From NCBI GenBank assembly GCA_963675745.2, contig CAXXWX010000026.1, forward strand, positions 544,001 through 608,000: a stretch of DNA of 64,000 bases, given 5' to 3'. Shown in pieces: positions 29,477 to 39,842 of this stretch. How positions within the stretch are numbered: the stretch's first letter is position 1; the number at the start of each line of letters is the position of its first letter. Source of the stretch: Phycisphaerae bacterium (GTDB lineage Bacteria; Planctomycetota; Phycisphaerae; UBA1845; Fen-1342). The notes beneath the pieces are model-generated. The model was not told the origin of the DNA, did not search any database, and worked only from the letters and a program-made list of their open reading frames with translations. Made by a program: the position numbers and the translations under genes.

Positions 29477-31381
29477 ATGGCGATAATACCGGTCAACCTG
29501 GCCCGCGTCAGTCAGAACCTGCGGAGCTACAACCTGCTGCGTACGGTGCAGTCCAGCCAGGCTAAGCTCTTCAGCACGCAGAATCAGCTCGCCACCGGTC
29601 TGAAATTCCAGGCACCTAGCGAGGCCCCTTCGGCGGCCGCCGCCACCCAGGCGGTGGATCGGCAACTCGATCGCGTCAGCCAGGTCAAAAACAACCTGAC
29701 GACGGCGAACGCCACACTGAGCGCGGCGGAGTCCGCGATGGATGAGGCGATCGAGCTGATGCGCGAAGCCAAGCGCGTGACGATCGAGGGCACCAGCGAC
29801 ACGGTGAGCGATACCGAACGAGCATCGCTGGCCATCGTGGTCACGGCGCTGATCGACCAGGCGATCTCCATCGGCAACCGCCAGCATCTGGGGACCTACC
29901 TGTTCAGCGGAGACCGCGGGGGAGAAGCGCCGTTTGAGTGGGCGCTTTCGGGCGTGCAATTCAACGGTGATGAGGGGCGTCGCGAGACGATCATCGCGAC
30001 CGATCTCTCGCAGGACTCCTTCACCATCTCGGGCCAGGAGTTCTTCGGCGCGGTTTCGACGCCGGTGGTCGGTGCGGCCGACCTTTCGCCGGCGGTAACG
30101 GCGGATACGCGCATCCGCGACCTGCGTGGCCCGGCGGGTGAGCCGCCCGAGCTGGGCAGCGTTTCGTTCAGCGACGGAGCAGCCCAGGTTACGATTGATC
30201 TCAGCGGCGCGGACACGGTCGGCGACATAGTCGACAAGCTCAACCAGGAGCTGCCGGCGGCGCTGTCCGCCGAAATCGTCGGCAACCGCCTGCACGTCAC
30301 GGGGGGAGTCGCACTGGCCGTACAGGATGTCGGCGGCGGCAACACCACGCGGTCGCTGGGCATTACGACACCACTGGGCGGTGCCACCGAGGTGTTCAGC
30401 AGCGACCTCGATCCAATGTTGACGCTGCGGACGACGATTACCCAGTTGTATGACGGCGCCGGCGCCGATCTGGCCGGCGGCATCCGAATCCGCAACGGCG
30501 AGTTGTCGGCTGAGATCGACCTGGCCCGTGCCGAGACTGTGGAAGACATCGTAAACCTGATCAACAGCGCCGGTGTGGGCGCCTGGGCCCGGATCAGTGA
30601 TGACGGTGATCACATCGACATCCACAATCGCGTGTCGGGCACGGATCTGACCGTGGAGGAAGCCGGCGGATCGGCGGCGACAAACCTGGGGATTCGCACC
30701 ATCTCCGACGAGGTCACGCTCGACGCTCTCAATCTCGGCAAAGGCGTCAACACGATTACGGGCGATGACATCCACATCACCACGTCTGATGGCACGGTGC
30801 TCGACTTTGATGTTGACCAGGCGCTCACGCTGGAACAACTGTTCGATCTGCTCAACGCCGACGGCGCCATCTCCGCCGCTTTCGCAACCGACGGCAACGG
30901 GATCGTGATTACCGACAACACGGCGGGCGGGGGCACGCTGTCTGCCGAGGCCATTAACCTCTCACCGGCCCTGGGCGGTCTGGGACTGGACGTCGTGGCG
31001 GACGCCAACGGGCAACTGGTGGGGACAGAGATCAACCCCATTCGCGTGGAGAGCACGTTCACCACGCTGCTGGAGATCCGCGAAGGGATGGAGCAAAACG
31101 ACACGCGGATGTTGACCTTCGCCGGCGAGCGGCTGGAACGCACACTGGATCACATGGAGCGTGTGCGCGGACAGATGGCGGCGCAGGCCAAAGTTATGGA
31201 CGAGCGCCTGGAGCGAATCGAGAGCGAAGAGACATTCGCCCAGGTGTTGAGAAGCGACATCCGGGACGTGGATATCACCGAAGCGGTAGTGCGTTTCCAG
31301 CAGGTGGAGAACGCGTTGCAGGCAAACCTCACGACCGCTTCGCGCGTGATGAATCTGTCATTGATTGACTACTTGCGGTAG
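29477..31381 (+). CDS. flgL: Flagellar hook-associated protein FlgL (enlarged)
   Basis: QLATGLKFQAPSE, GTYLFSG, DVDITEAV, SLIDYLR. Confidence 0.9.
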   Translation: MAIIPVNLARVSQNLRSYNLLRTVQSSQAKLFSTQNQLATGLKFQAPSEAPSAAAATQAVDRQLDRVSQVKNNLTTANATLSAAESAMDEAIELMREAKRVTIEGTSDTVSDTERASLAIVVTALIDQAISIGNRQHLGTYLFSGDRGGEAPFEWALSGVQFNGDEGRRETIIATDLSQDSFTISGQEFFGAVSTPVVGAADLSPAVTADTRIRDLRGPAGEPPELGSVSFSDGAAQVTIDLSGADTVGDIVDKLNQELPAALSAEIVGNRLHVTGGVALAVQDVGGGNTTRSLGITTPLGGATEVFSSDLDPMLTLRTTITQLYDGAGADLAGGIRIRNGELSAEIDLARAETVEDIVNLINSAGVGAWARISDDGDHIDIHNRVSGTDLTVEEAGGSAATNLGIRTISDEVTLDALNLGKGVNTITGDDIHITTSDGTVLDFDVDQALTLEQLFDLLNADGAISAAFATDGNGIVITDNTAGGGTLSAEAINLSPALGGLGLDVVADANGQLVGTEINPIRVESTFTTLLEIREGMEQNDTRMLTFAGERLERTLDHMERVRGQMAAQAKVMDERLERIESEETFAQVLRSDIRDVDITEAVVRFQQVENALQANLTTASRVMNLSLIDYLR

Positions 31382-31604
31382 GAGCGCGCACCGGCCCGCG
31401 GGCCGGATAGGAGACACGGGAACGAGGCAGTTGGCATCGTGACGGGCAGTCGTGATTCGGCCCGTGGCGACCGGGTACATCGGCAGGATGCCGATGCGGG
31501 TCCGGAGGACCCGGCCAAACTGACGGCTGGTCAGAGCAGCGGCCGACGGCGGCCGAACCGTCAGCACGGTTGACCCGACCTGGCAGAATCACAGGAGCAG
31601 TTTC

Positions 31605-32054
31605 ATGCTCATCGAAACGACTCGTTTTGGCACGCTGGAGGTCGATGGGACGCGGATCATCGAGTTCAAGGACGGGCTGCTGGGCTTCCCGAAGCACAAG
31701 CGCTATGCGCTGATCCAGACGTCGTCCGATCCGATGTTCTTCTGGCTTCAGTCGGTAGAAGACCCGAGCCTGGCGTTCGTGGTCTGTGATCCGCTGGCGT
31801 TCGTGCCGGATTACCAGATCCCGATCAGGGCCGATGATCTCAAGGCACTGGGGCTGCGCGACGTGGCGGACAGCCAGGTGCTGGTGATCGTCAATCGCGT
31901 GGACGAGCATCTGACGGCCAACCTGCTGGGTCCGCTGGTCGTCGGGGCCACGTCACTCAAGGCGCGCCAGATGGTTCTGTCCGATCGCAAGTACACGACG
32001 CGTCACCGGCTGATGCCGGTGCAGCCCGTGCGGGCGGCGACGAAGTCGGCATAG
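31605..32054 (+). CDS. fliW: Flagellar assembly factor FliW (CsrA antagonist)
   Basis: IETTRFG, GLLGF, FFWLQSVEDPSLAFVVCDP, TANLLGPLV. Confidence 0.93.
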   Translation: MLIETTRFGTLEVDGTRIIEFKDGLLGFPKHKRYALIQTSSDPMFFWLQSVEDPSLAFVVCDPLAFVPDYQIPIRADDLKALGLRDVADSQVLVIVNRVDEHLTANLLGPLVVGATSLKARQMVLSDRKYTTRHRLMPVQPVRAATKSA

Positions 32055-32088
32055 TTGGCATGCGGACGCAGTGCCAACGCAGGAAGGT

Positions 32089-32267
32089 TGTTATAATGAC
32101 CGAACCAGGCTACGAAAGCCATGGACAGTCAGCCGGGTGCATCTTCCCCGAGCGGCCGCGCGCCGACGCATCGCTGTCGGGCGTGACCGCGAGCAGGTCA
32201 CCAGGAACGGACCGGGCGGATGCCACCCAAAGGCACATCAGCATAACCCAGGAAGGAGCCGCGGATG
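32089..32267 (+). promoter_or_regulatory. Extended -10 promoter and GGA-rich leader of csrA
   Basis: TG-T-TATAAT at 32089-32097; seven GGA trinucleotides between 32104 and the start codon. Confidence 0.6.
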
Positions 32268-32507
32268 TTGGTGCTCTCAAGACAACGAGACGAGTCCATC
32301 ACAATCGGCGACAACGTTCAAGTAACTATCGTCGATATTCGGGGAGACAAAGTCCGCTTGGGCATTGTCGCGCCTCCCGAGATTCCAGTTCACCGCAAGG
32401 AGGTGTACGACGCGATTCAGCGCGAGAATCGCAGGGCCGCAAAGGTCGGAGAGGAAGACCTGGCCCGAGTCGACACACCGCCGACACCTCCGGGCAAGAG
32501 ACACTGA
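32265..32507 (+). CDS. csrA: Carbon storage regulator CsrA
   Basis: [31 protein letters not shown]. Confidence 0.97.
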   Translation: MLVLSRQRDESITIGDNVQVTIVDIRGDKVRLGIVAPPEIPVHRKEVYDAIQRENRRAAKVGEEDLARVDTPPTPPGKRH

Positions 32508-32579
32508 GCAGTGCGGTACGGAATATCGGGATAAGCGTTTTGGAACACACAGCCACGAACCGTTCAAGGAGGATGGCAA

Positions 32580-34010
32580 ATGGCTCGCATTAACACAAAC
32601 GTTGGGGCGGTAATCGCCCAGCGCCACCTGGGCACGGCCTACAAGAGCTTGGGCGCGACGCTCGAGCGGCTCAGCACAGGACTGCGTATTAACCACGGCA
32701 AAGACGATCCCGCCGGTCTGATTGTCTCCGAGCAATTGCGAAGCGAGATCAGCGCTGTAAGTCAGGCAATCCGCAACTCGCAACGCGCCTCGACGATTAT
32801 CGCCACCACAGAGGGGGCGCTGGATGAAGTTGCCAGCCTGCTGCGCGATATTCAGGAAAAGATCGTCGAGGCGGCAAACCGTGGCGCGATGTCCGACGAG
32901 GAAATCGACGCCAACCAGTTGCAGATCGACTCCGCCATCGCCAGCATCACGCGCATCGCCAACACAACCACGTTCGCGGACCGCAATCTGCTCGACGGAT
33001 CGCTGGCGTACGTGGCCAGCGGCGTGGATCAGAACGATATCGCCACTCTCGCCATGCACGGCGTCCAATTCGGCACGCTCAGCCAGGTAACCTGCAACGT
33101 CGAGGTGACCGTATCGGCACAGCCGGCGACGCTCGAGTTCCGCGCCAGCGGCGTGACTAACGAGGTCTCAATCGAGATTCAGGGCAAGACCGGTGCCACG
33201 ACGTTATCGTTTGCCTCGAACACCAACGCCGCCCAGATTGCATCTGCGATCAACTCGATCAGCGACGCCACCGGACTCTCGGCCACCGCGTCAGGTGCCG
33301 CCGGGCTGTCGGGATTCCGACTCGACAGCAAGCGCTATGGCAGCCGGCAATTCGCGCAGATTACAGTTCTGCCCGGCGGCGGGACGTTTGCAACCGTCGA
33401 TACCGCCGGTAATCCGGCGACCCGTGTCACCGGTCGCGACGCGACGGCGACGATCAACGGAGCCAAGACGATCGGTGATGGGAATCACCTCTCGCTGAAG
33501 ACCTCCACCCTCGATCTCGAGCTGACACTCGACTCCGGGTTTGGGGTAGGAACAACCAGCTTCGTGATTACATCCGGCGGTGCGATGTTCCAGGTTGGGC
33601 CACACGTGAACAGCAACTTACAGGTCGGCATCGGCGTACAGTCGGTGGCGGCCTCGCGGCTGGGAACGACCGAGATCGGCTTCCTGTCGCAGGTGGTGAC
33701 CGGTGGCGAGTTCTCGTTGACGAGCGGAGAGGAGATGCAGGCCTCCGAGATCGTCACGGAGGCAATCCGCCAGGTGGCAGTCATGCGCGGCCGGCTGGGT
33801 GCCTTCGAGAAGAACACGCTGGACACGAACATTAACCAGCTCGGCATCACGATGGAAAACCTGATGTCGGCCGATTCCACCATTCGTGACGCCGACTTCG
33901 CCTATGAAACCTCGCAGTTGTCGCGGAATCAGGTGCTGGTGCAATCCGGCACGTCGGTGCTTGGCCTGGCCAACCAGGTACCGCAAATCGCCCTTCAACT
34001 GCTGGGTTAG
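32580..34010 (+). CDS. fliC: Flagellin 1
   Basis: RINTNV, LSTGLRINHGKDDPAGL, IRDADFAYETSQLSRNQVL. Confidence 0.95.
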   Translation: MARINTNVGAVIAQRHLGTAYKSLGATLERLSTGLRINHGKDDPAGLIVSEQLRSEISAVSQAIRNSQRASTIIATTEGALDEVASLLRDIQEKIVEAANRGAMSDEEIDANQLQIDSAIASITRIANTTTFADRNLLDGSLAYVASGVDQNDIATLAMHGVQFGTLSQVTCNVEVTVSAQPATLEFRASGVTNEVSIEIQGKTGATTLSFASNTNAAQIASAINSISDATGLSATASGAAGLSGFRLDSKRYGSRQFAQITVLPGGGTFATVDTAGNPATRVTGRDATATINGAKTIGDGNHLSLKTSTLDLELTLDSGFGVGTTSFVITSGGAMFQVGPHVNSNLQVGIGVQSVAASRLGTTEIGFLSQVVTGGEFSLTSGEEMQASEIVTEAIRQVAVMRGRLGAFEKNTLDTNINQLGITMENLMSADSTIRDADFAYETSQLSRNQVLVQSGTSVLGLANQVPQIALQLLG

Positions 34011-34025
34011 CGGACTCTGGAGGGA

Positions 34026-34056
34026 GCGGATCGGCCGTAGCCGGCGGCCGATCCGC
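34026..34056 (+). terminator. Strong hairpin after flagellin 1 (terminator or mRNA stabiliser; no U-tract)
   Basis: GCGGATCGGCCG/CGGCCGATCCGC 12-bp perfect stem. Confidence 0.45.
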
Positions 34057-34352
34057 AGGCTATTCCAAGGAAACCAAGACGGCGTGCGCGGGGGGGCCTA
34101 TAAGAGCGCCGCCCGCCGGCCGTCCGCGTGCCCGCCCGCTCCGCTGGGCCATAGACGCGTACCGGCGGAGATGCTGGTCCCACGGCGGAACCACCCAGAA
34201 ATAGCGATACCGTGCGACAATTAAAGCAGAGGGGATTCCCGGACGATGCTGCCGGTGACAAGTTCAGCGGACCCCGGGCGAGGTACCGGTGAGGTTCGCG
34301 ACCGTTTGCCCGTCGGCGCGGGAGTCCGAGTCGCCTTTGGAGGCGTAGCACC

Positions 34353-35807
34353 ATGAGCCGCATCAACACGAATATTCCATCACTGGTTGCACAGCGTGTC
34401 CTGAACACGAACAACTCGGCACTGAACACGTCGCTCAACCGGCTGAGCACGGGCCTGCGGATCAATTCGGGACGAGATGATCCCGCCGGGCTGATCGCTT
34501 CGGAAGAGCTGCGCGCCGAGAAGAGGGCCATTAACGCCGCTATCACGAACATCGCCCGCGCGAACAATGTGATCGGTACGGCCGAAGGCGGCCTGGTGGA
34601 AGTCAACAAGCTGCTGACCGACCTGGAAGACCTGATCGACCGCAGCTCGAGTGAGGCCAGCATCAGCGAAGATGAGCGTGACGCCAACCAGCTCCAGATT
34701 GACTCTATCCTGGCCTCGATCGACCGCTTTGCCAATACCACCCAGTTTCAGGGGCGGCGTCTGCTGAGCGGTGAGCTCGACTACACAACTTCCGGAGTCG
34801 TCGACACGAACCTGGCGGGCATACAAATCAACGCCGCCAGCGTACCCAATGACGGCTACCGCACGGTGACGATCGACGTCGTGACATCCGCCGAAGTGGC
34901 CGCGATTGACTACACCGGCTCCACCACCTCCGGCGGCACGGTAACCATCGAGGTGGTGGGTAACCTGGGGACCGAAGTTGTGACGTTCGGGTCGGGCACG
35001 ACCGTGGCGGAGATGGCCCTGGCGATCAACCAGAGCACTCTGCTGACCGGCGTGTCAGCGGCCACGTCGGGCGGCGACTCGCTCCTGCTGCGCAGCACCG
35101 ACTACGGGTCAACCCAGTACGTGCAAGTGAACATCATCGACGACTCCACGACCGGTGGCGGCAGCGACTTCACCGCCAACATCAATGGGGGCGGCTCATC
35201 GACGCACCAGGAATACGGCGTCGACGCCAACGTCAAGATCAACGGCGCGACCGCGATCACCGATGGCCTGAAGGCCTCGGTTCGAACCACGGTCCTGAGT
35301 GTCGATCTGGAGTTAACGGCTGCGTTTGGTGCCGGTGCCGCAGCGGGCACGACCACGTTTGATATCACCGGCGGCGGTGCCGACTTCATGCTGTCACCGT
35401 CGGTCAGCTTCTCGGGCCTGGCGTCCATCGGTTTGCCGTCGGTGACAACCAGCAACCTCGGACTGACCGGCAGCGATGTTCTGTCGTCGCTGGCGACCGG
35501 TAAAGCCAACGCGCTGGCATCGGGCAACTATAGCACGGCCCAACAGATCGTACGTGCCGCCCAGGACCAAGTGTCGTTTCTGCGTGGCCGACTGGGCGCG
35601 TTTCAGAAAGACACCTTGGCAACGACATCGAATGCTCTGAGCGTGACGTACGAGAACATCGCCGCCGCTGAGAGCGTGATTCGCGAGACGGACTTTGCGG
35701 CGGAGACGGCCGCGCTGACACGCTCGCAGATCCTGGTGCAGGCGGCGACCAACACGCTGCGGATAGCAAACGCCAACCCGCAGAATGTGCTGGCGCTGTT
35801 GTCTTAG
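34353..35807 (+). CDS. fliC: Flagellin 2
   Basis: MSRINTNI, LSTGLRINSGRDDPAGL, IRETDFAAETAALTRSQIL. Confidence 0.95.
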   Translation: MSRINTNIPSLVAQRVLNTNNSALNTSLNRLSTGLRINSGRDDPAGLIASEELRAEKRAINAAITNIARANNVIGTAEGGLVEVNKLLTDLEDLIDRSSSEASISEDERDANQLQIDSILASIDRFANTTQFQGRRLLSGELDYTTSGVVDTNLAGIQINAASVPNDGYRTVTIDVVTSAEVAAIDYTGSTTSGGTVTIEVVGNLGTEVVTFGSGTTVAEMALAINQSTLLTGVSAATSGGDSLLLRSTDYGSTQYVQVNIIDDSTTGGGSDFTANINGGGSSTHQEYGVDANVKINGATAITDGLKASVRTTVLSVDLELTAAFGAGAAAGTTTFDITGGGADFMLSPSVSFSGLASIGLPSVTTSNLGLTGSDVLSSLATGKANALASGNYSTAQQIVRAAQDQVSFLRGRLGAFQKDTLATTSNALSVTYENIAAAESVIRETDFAAETAALTRSQILVQAATNTLRIANANPQNVLALLS

Positions 35808-35836
35808 TACCACAACCCACCACTCCCTGAAATGAA

Positions 35837-35887
35837 GCGACGGGGTCTCTGGCCGCCACTGGCGGTCGGAACCCCGTCGTCTCTTTC
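35837..35887 (+). terminator. Terminator hairpin between convergent flagellin 2 and kinase genes
   Basis: GCGACGGGGT...ACCCCGTCGT long stem then CTCTTTC. Confidence 0.65.
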
Positions 35888-36000
35888 GGTGCGCCTCTCG
35901 ATCTGATGATCGCTTCCAGCACGCGCAAGGCGGCGGCAGGCGTCAACTGCTGCCGACCTGCTCGCGCAGCATTGGCGTGTACCACCCGCCCCACCGCCGC

Positions 36001-37209
36001 CTACGCGCTCAGCAATTCATCGTGCGGGCCCGTCCACAGATTCGCGCCGGGGATTTCGCTCCAGCCCGGCAGAGGCAGGGTCACCGGACGGCGCGCCCAG
36101 TGCATCCGCAGACGGCGCTGGACGGCGGTCCAATCGGGAATTCCGCTGGTGGCATCGGGCCGCTCGACGTTGCAGGCACCAACCGCGACGGCGCTCGTGA
36201 GAGCGTCTTCGGGAGACTGCTCCCGCAGAAAACCCGCCAGGAAACCGGCGATTGCGCAGTCACCCGCCCCGGTGGTGCCTTGGACCTCGACGGCGAGACA
36301 GGGTGCCAGCAGTTCGCGACCGCACCAGGTCTGTATGCGCTGCCCCGCCGGGGCACACGCCCCCATGGCCGCGAGCCTGGCGATGTCGGCCGACGTTCGC
36401 AGGTACATGCCATGGTCCCCCAGCTTCAGGACGATAACCGCCGCGCCCGCTGCCAGGAGCCGATCGGCGACGCGCGCCAGCAATCCGCCGTCGATTGCGT
36501 CGGCTTCGGGGCTGTTTGTCGTTCGGTAATACTGCTCCCGATCGAGCATGAAGAGCGTCTCCTCGATGCTCGGCAGAAAGATGTCCACGTAGGGCAGCAC
36601 GCGCTTGAGCAACCTCTCCCAGTCGGTCCGCGCCGCGTCAGAGTCCGGGTCAATGCCGGCCATATCTAGCGTCACCGTCAAGCCGCGCTGCCTGGCAGCG
36701 CGTAAAAGCGCCTCAAGCTCGGAACCGTCATCCGCGCGCATGCAACGCATCAGCGGTGGATAGCCGAAGTGGAACATACGCGCACCGGCCACGCGGCTGA
36801 AGTCAACGTCCGCCGCGCTGAAGCTGTCATTGGCACCGGGACAGTGCAGGAACATGCGGTCGACGCCGGGGGGGTTGATCACAACGGCGTACGAGGTGGC
36901 CTCGTCGTCGGATATGACTATGTCGTCTGCCAGTGACGCCCCGGCCGCTCGCAGAATGCTCAGCACGGCCTGCCCGAACGGATCATTGCCCACTTTGCCG
37001 ACGAGCCGGGTCTTGACGCCAAGCCGGTGCAGCGCGAGTCCCGTGTTTGACACGGCGCCCCCTGTGGACACCGCTGCCGGGCCGACGACGCTGAGCTTCC
37101 CGGGAACCAGAAGCGAGCTCATGTCGGCGTGTCGAGTGTCGAGCGCGGGAATGATGTCCAGGCAGATATGACCGGCCACGATGACGTCGGCGTGATTACT
37201 CGGCAACAT
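36001..37209 (-). CDS. PfkB-family carbohydrate kinase
   Basis: GGAVSNTGLALHRLG, GKVGNDPFG, GTTGAGDCAIAGFL. Confidence 0.92.
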   Translation of the reverse strand: MLPSNHADVIVAGHICLDIIPALDTRHADMSSLLVPGKLSVVGPAAVSTGGAVSNTGLALHRLGVKTRLVGKVGNDPFGQAVLSILRAAGASLADDIVISDDEATSYAVVINPPGVDRMFLHCPGANDSFSAADVDFSRVAGARMFHFGYPPLMRCMRADDGSELEALLRAARQRGLTVTLDMAGIDPDSDAARTDWERLLKRVLPYVDIFLPSIEETLFMLDREQYYRTTNSPEADAIDGGLLARVADRLLAAGAAVIVLKLGDHGMYLRTSADIARLAAMGACAPAGQRIQTWCGRELLAPCLAVEVQGTTGAGDCAIAGFLAGFLREQSPEDALTSAVAVGACNVERPDATSGIPDWTAVQRRLRMHWARRPVTLPLPGWSEIPGANLWTGPHDELLSA

Positions 37210-37660
37210 GGCAGCCTCACTGAGTTAGCAGGTTTACTACGCCCGCGTGTCGAGTGTAACACGCAAGGCCCCTGCCACTCACGCAGCTTGATGTCGTGCC
37301 AACGGCGAAACTCCCGCGCCCGGTCAGCCAGAGACATGCTGCGACTCAACCGGATGACAGACGCATATCATCGCGCGAAATCCGCGCACGGAAAGACACT
37401 ACCTGGGCCGTGGTCACACGATCTTCGACACACGGTGCCATTCTGCGAGCATTCGTGCGCGAGTCAAGTTGACATTAAGACGCGCGTAACGGGGCTGGTG
37501 TGCGAAGATGGTGTTCGCAGCGGGATGAGCGGCGGCGTTGAGTCCATCGCCGCTGGACAGCCGGTGCGGTTACGGCCGATAATCACACTAGTCGGAACCC
37601 GGCGGACAACCGCCCCGCCAATGAGCGCGGCGTTCACTTCTATCCTGAGGAGATCCGGAG

Positions 37661-39766
37661 ATGCGACCCAAGCCATTCGCGTTGGCGCTGGCAGTTATTA
37701 CCGCTGCCGTAGCGTGCCTGCTCACCGGCTGCCCACAACCGCAGGCCGGCTCATCGGCCGGTGACTCCCTGCTGGCCGCCTCATCCGCAAACGCCGCTTC
37801 GGTGACGAGTGCGGTCAGCAAGGCCGGCCAGATGCTGCAACAGGGCAGCGATGCAACAACGATCAACGCGGCACTGCTGACGCAACTTCAAGGCGACTCG
37901 CGCGTGGTCGGCTCCGGGCTGGACCCCACCGGCGAGACGGTCTGGGCGGACTTCATCGGTGGCGAATCGCACTGTTTTCTGGTCGTCGACCAGTCAAAGG
38001 ACACATCCGGAACGCTGAAGCCGATGCACCCGATCGAGCGGCCGCGCGCCCCCGGCACCGATGCCGGCTGTGCCGACATCAAGACCATCGCCCAGCAGCC
38101 GACCCAGCCGGCCACCGGCAGGACTTACACCATTCCGGGGAACAGCCGGGCACTGCTGGCAAACAGTCTGAGCTTCATCCACAGCAACTGGAGTATCAAT
38201 GACAGCACGGAGCTGATCGAGAAGATGCTCAAAGCACGCGGCTACACCACTGAACGCCACAATCTGACTATTGATGACTTTACGAAGCTCACAGACTATG
38301 GCGTGATCGTGCTGGAGGGGCACGGGCAGTGGCGCAATCCGCAATACGCGCCGGAGTTGCTGCAACTTCCGCCGGCGCTGGGAATTCCGAACACCGGCAC
38401 GTGCGGCGGCGCGTTCAGCCGGGTCAGCGTGTTGACGACAACGAAAGTCACCGAGCAGAACCTGGTCGACCACGCCGGCGATGTGGGCTGCGGGCGGCTG
38501 GTCCTCTGGAATGTGACGATCCTCCAGCCGGACGGGAAGATCGCCAAGGTGCAGTATTACGGCGTGACGCCGAACTACGTCCGCGAGTACGACAGCGGCA
38601 AGTTCCCGAAGAACACGATTTTCCTGATGAACGCGTGCCGCGGGATCCGCGGTGATCTGAGCAGCCCGTTCGCCGACCTGCTGTTCGAGAAGTGCGACCA
38701 GGGCGCGTGTTTTCTGGGATGGTCCGGCAAGGTGGAGTACGCCAAGGCGGCGCGGGCCGCGCTGTACCTGTTCCAGCTTATGACCTGCGCCAACGAAGAG
38801 AAGAAGGTAATGAACATCTACGGCGTGGAGAAGACGGTGCTTCAGAAATTCACGCCGCCGCAGGGTGGTGGTGCCACGTGGATGCTCAACGCCATGGCGG
38901 AGTTGAACCAGCAACTGTACTTGACCGACCTTGCCAGCGGCGCGCAGTTGACGCCGTTGATTCAGTCTCCCGGCACGACACAGCCGATGCTTGTCCCGCA
39001 TCCGCTGAGTTGGAGCGGCCCATCGCCCTGGCAATCCGGAGCGTTCGCGCTGGGGATGTTCAGTGACGCCCAACCCGCGATTACGATCGGCGGCACAAGC
39101 GTATCCGCAAGTGAAATCAACTACTGGGCCAACGTGTGGAACATCTCCGCCGTCCCATCTGGCGCGTACGGCGACATTGTCATCAAGCATGGGAACATAA
39201 GCAGCATCCCGAGGCCGCTGCGCCGCTGGCAACCCAGCATCACCGTCAAGGGCAACAGCGACGGCCTGGCCTACACGGTGACATTCACGCTGCTGGCCCG
39301 CGGGACGGTCGCGAACTTTCGCACGAGTGTGTGGCAGGACCCGCCACCCGCCACCTTTTTCGATGCCGAGTGGATAAAGGCTGGCAGCATCATCGCCTGG
39401 AACATCACGGGCCAGAAAGTGACACAGGACTACCGGTACGACTATAGCGGGTCCGGCTCGCGCGCATTTGGTGCGAACGACGGCGGTTATATGACCTGTG
39501 CATCGGACGGCAGTAGCGTCTCGCTGTCCGCGTCGGGTGAAGTCACCTACACGACAACGACGACCAACCTCAAGACCCAGAACGTAAGCACGTCGAACAA
39601 CTCCAAGGCGATCAGTATTTCGCGCAACGGCGTGAGCCTGTCGTCCAACTGGACAATCTCGGATGCCTCGTTCACGCAAGGCGTTGGCTTTAGTGATCAG
39701 GCGCAGGTCAGTTGGAACGCGATTGCGGCCGACCCGCCGTTCGACCCGAACGCCGAGCCGCGGTGA
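37661..39766 (+). CDS. Uncharacterised lipoprotein with possible clan CD (caspase/gingipain/CHAT-like) peptidase domain
   Basis: Lipobox LLTGC; VIVLEGHG and IFLMNAC motifs; beta-rich C-terminus; RBS GAGGAG/GGAG. Confidence 0.7.
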   Translation: MRPKPFALALAVITAAVACLLTGCPQPQAGSSAGDSLLAASSANAASVTSAVSKAGQMLQQGSDATTINAALLTQLQGDSRVVGSGLDPTGETVWADFIGGESHCFLVVDQSKDTSGTLKPMHPIERPRAPGTDAGCADIKTIAQQPTQPATGRTYTIPGNSRALLANSLSFIHSNWSINDSTELIEKMLKARGYTTERHNLTIDDFTKLTDYGVIVLEGHGQWRNPQYAPELLQLPPALGIPNTGTCGGAFSRVSVLTTTKVTEQNLVDHAGDVGCGRLVLWNVTILQPDGKIAKVQYYGVTPNYVREYDSGKFPKNTIFLMNACRGIRGDLSSPFADLLFEKCDQGACFLGWSGKVEYAKAARAALYLFQLMTCANEEKKVMNIYGVEKTVLQKFTPPQGGGATWMLNAMAELNQQLYLTDLASGAQLTPLIQSPGTTQPMLVPHPLSWSGPSPWQSGAFALGMFSDAQPAITIGGTSVSASEINYWANVWNISAVPSGAYGDIVIKHGNISSIPRPLRRWQPSITVKGNSDGLAYTVTFTLLARGTVANFRTSVWQDPPPATFFDAEWIKAGSIIAWNITGQKVTQDYRYDYSGSGSRAFGANDGGYMTCASDGSSVSLSASGEVTYTTTTTNLKTQNVSTSNNSKAISISRNGVSLSSNWTISDASFTQGVGFSDQAQVSWNAIAADPPFDPNAEPR

Positions 39767-39842
39767 TTGAATCTGCCCTGGGGTATCGGCTCGGCCCGTC
39801 GCGCCCCTTGCCAATCGCGTCGAAGCCTGCACAATCGTCACT

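Noticed and set aside
29318..30838. Long antisense ORFs (also 37994-39970, 50654-52570, 46963-48228)
   Set aside because: Shadows of high-GC genes on the opposite strand, with no recognisable motifs
32055..32072. TTGGCA sigma54-like sites after fliW and near 37290 (minus strand)
   Set aside because: GG to GC spacing is 9 or 11 rather than 10
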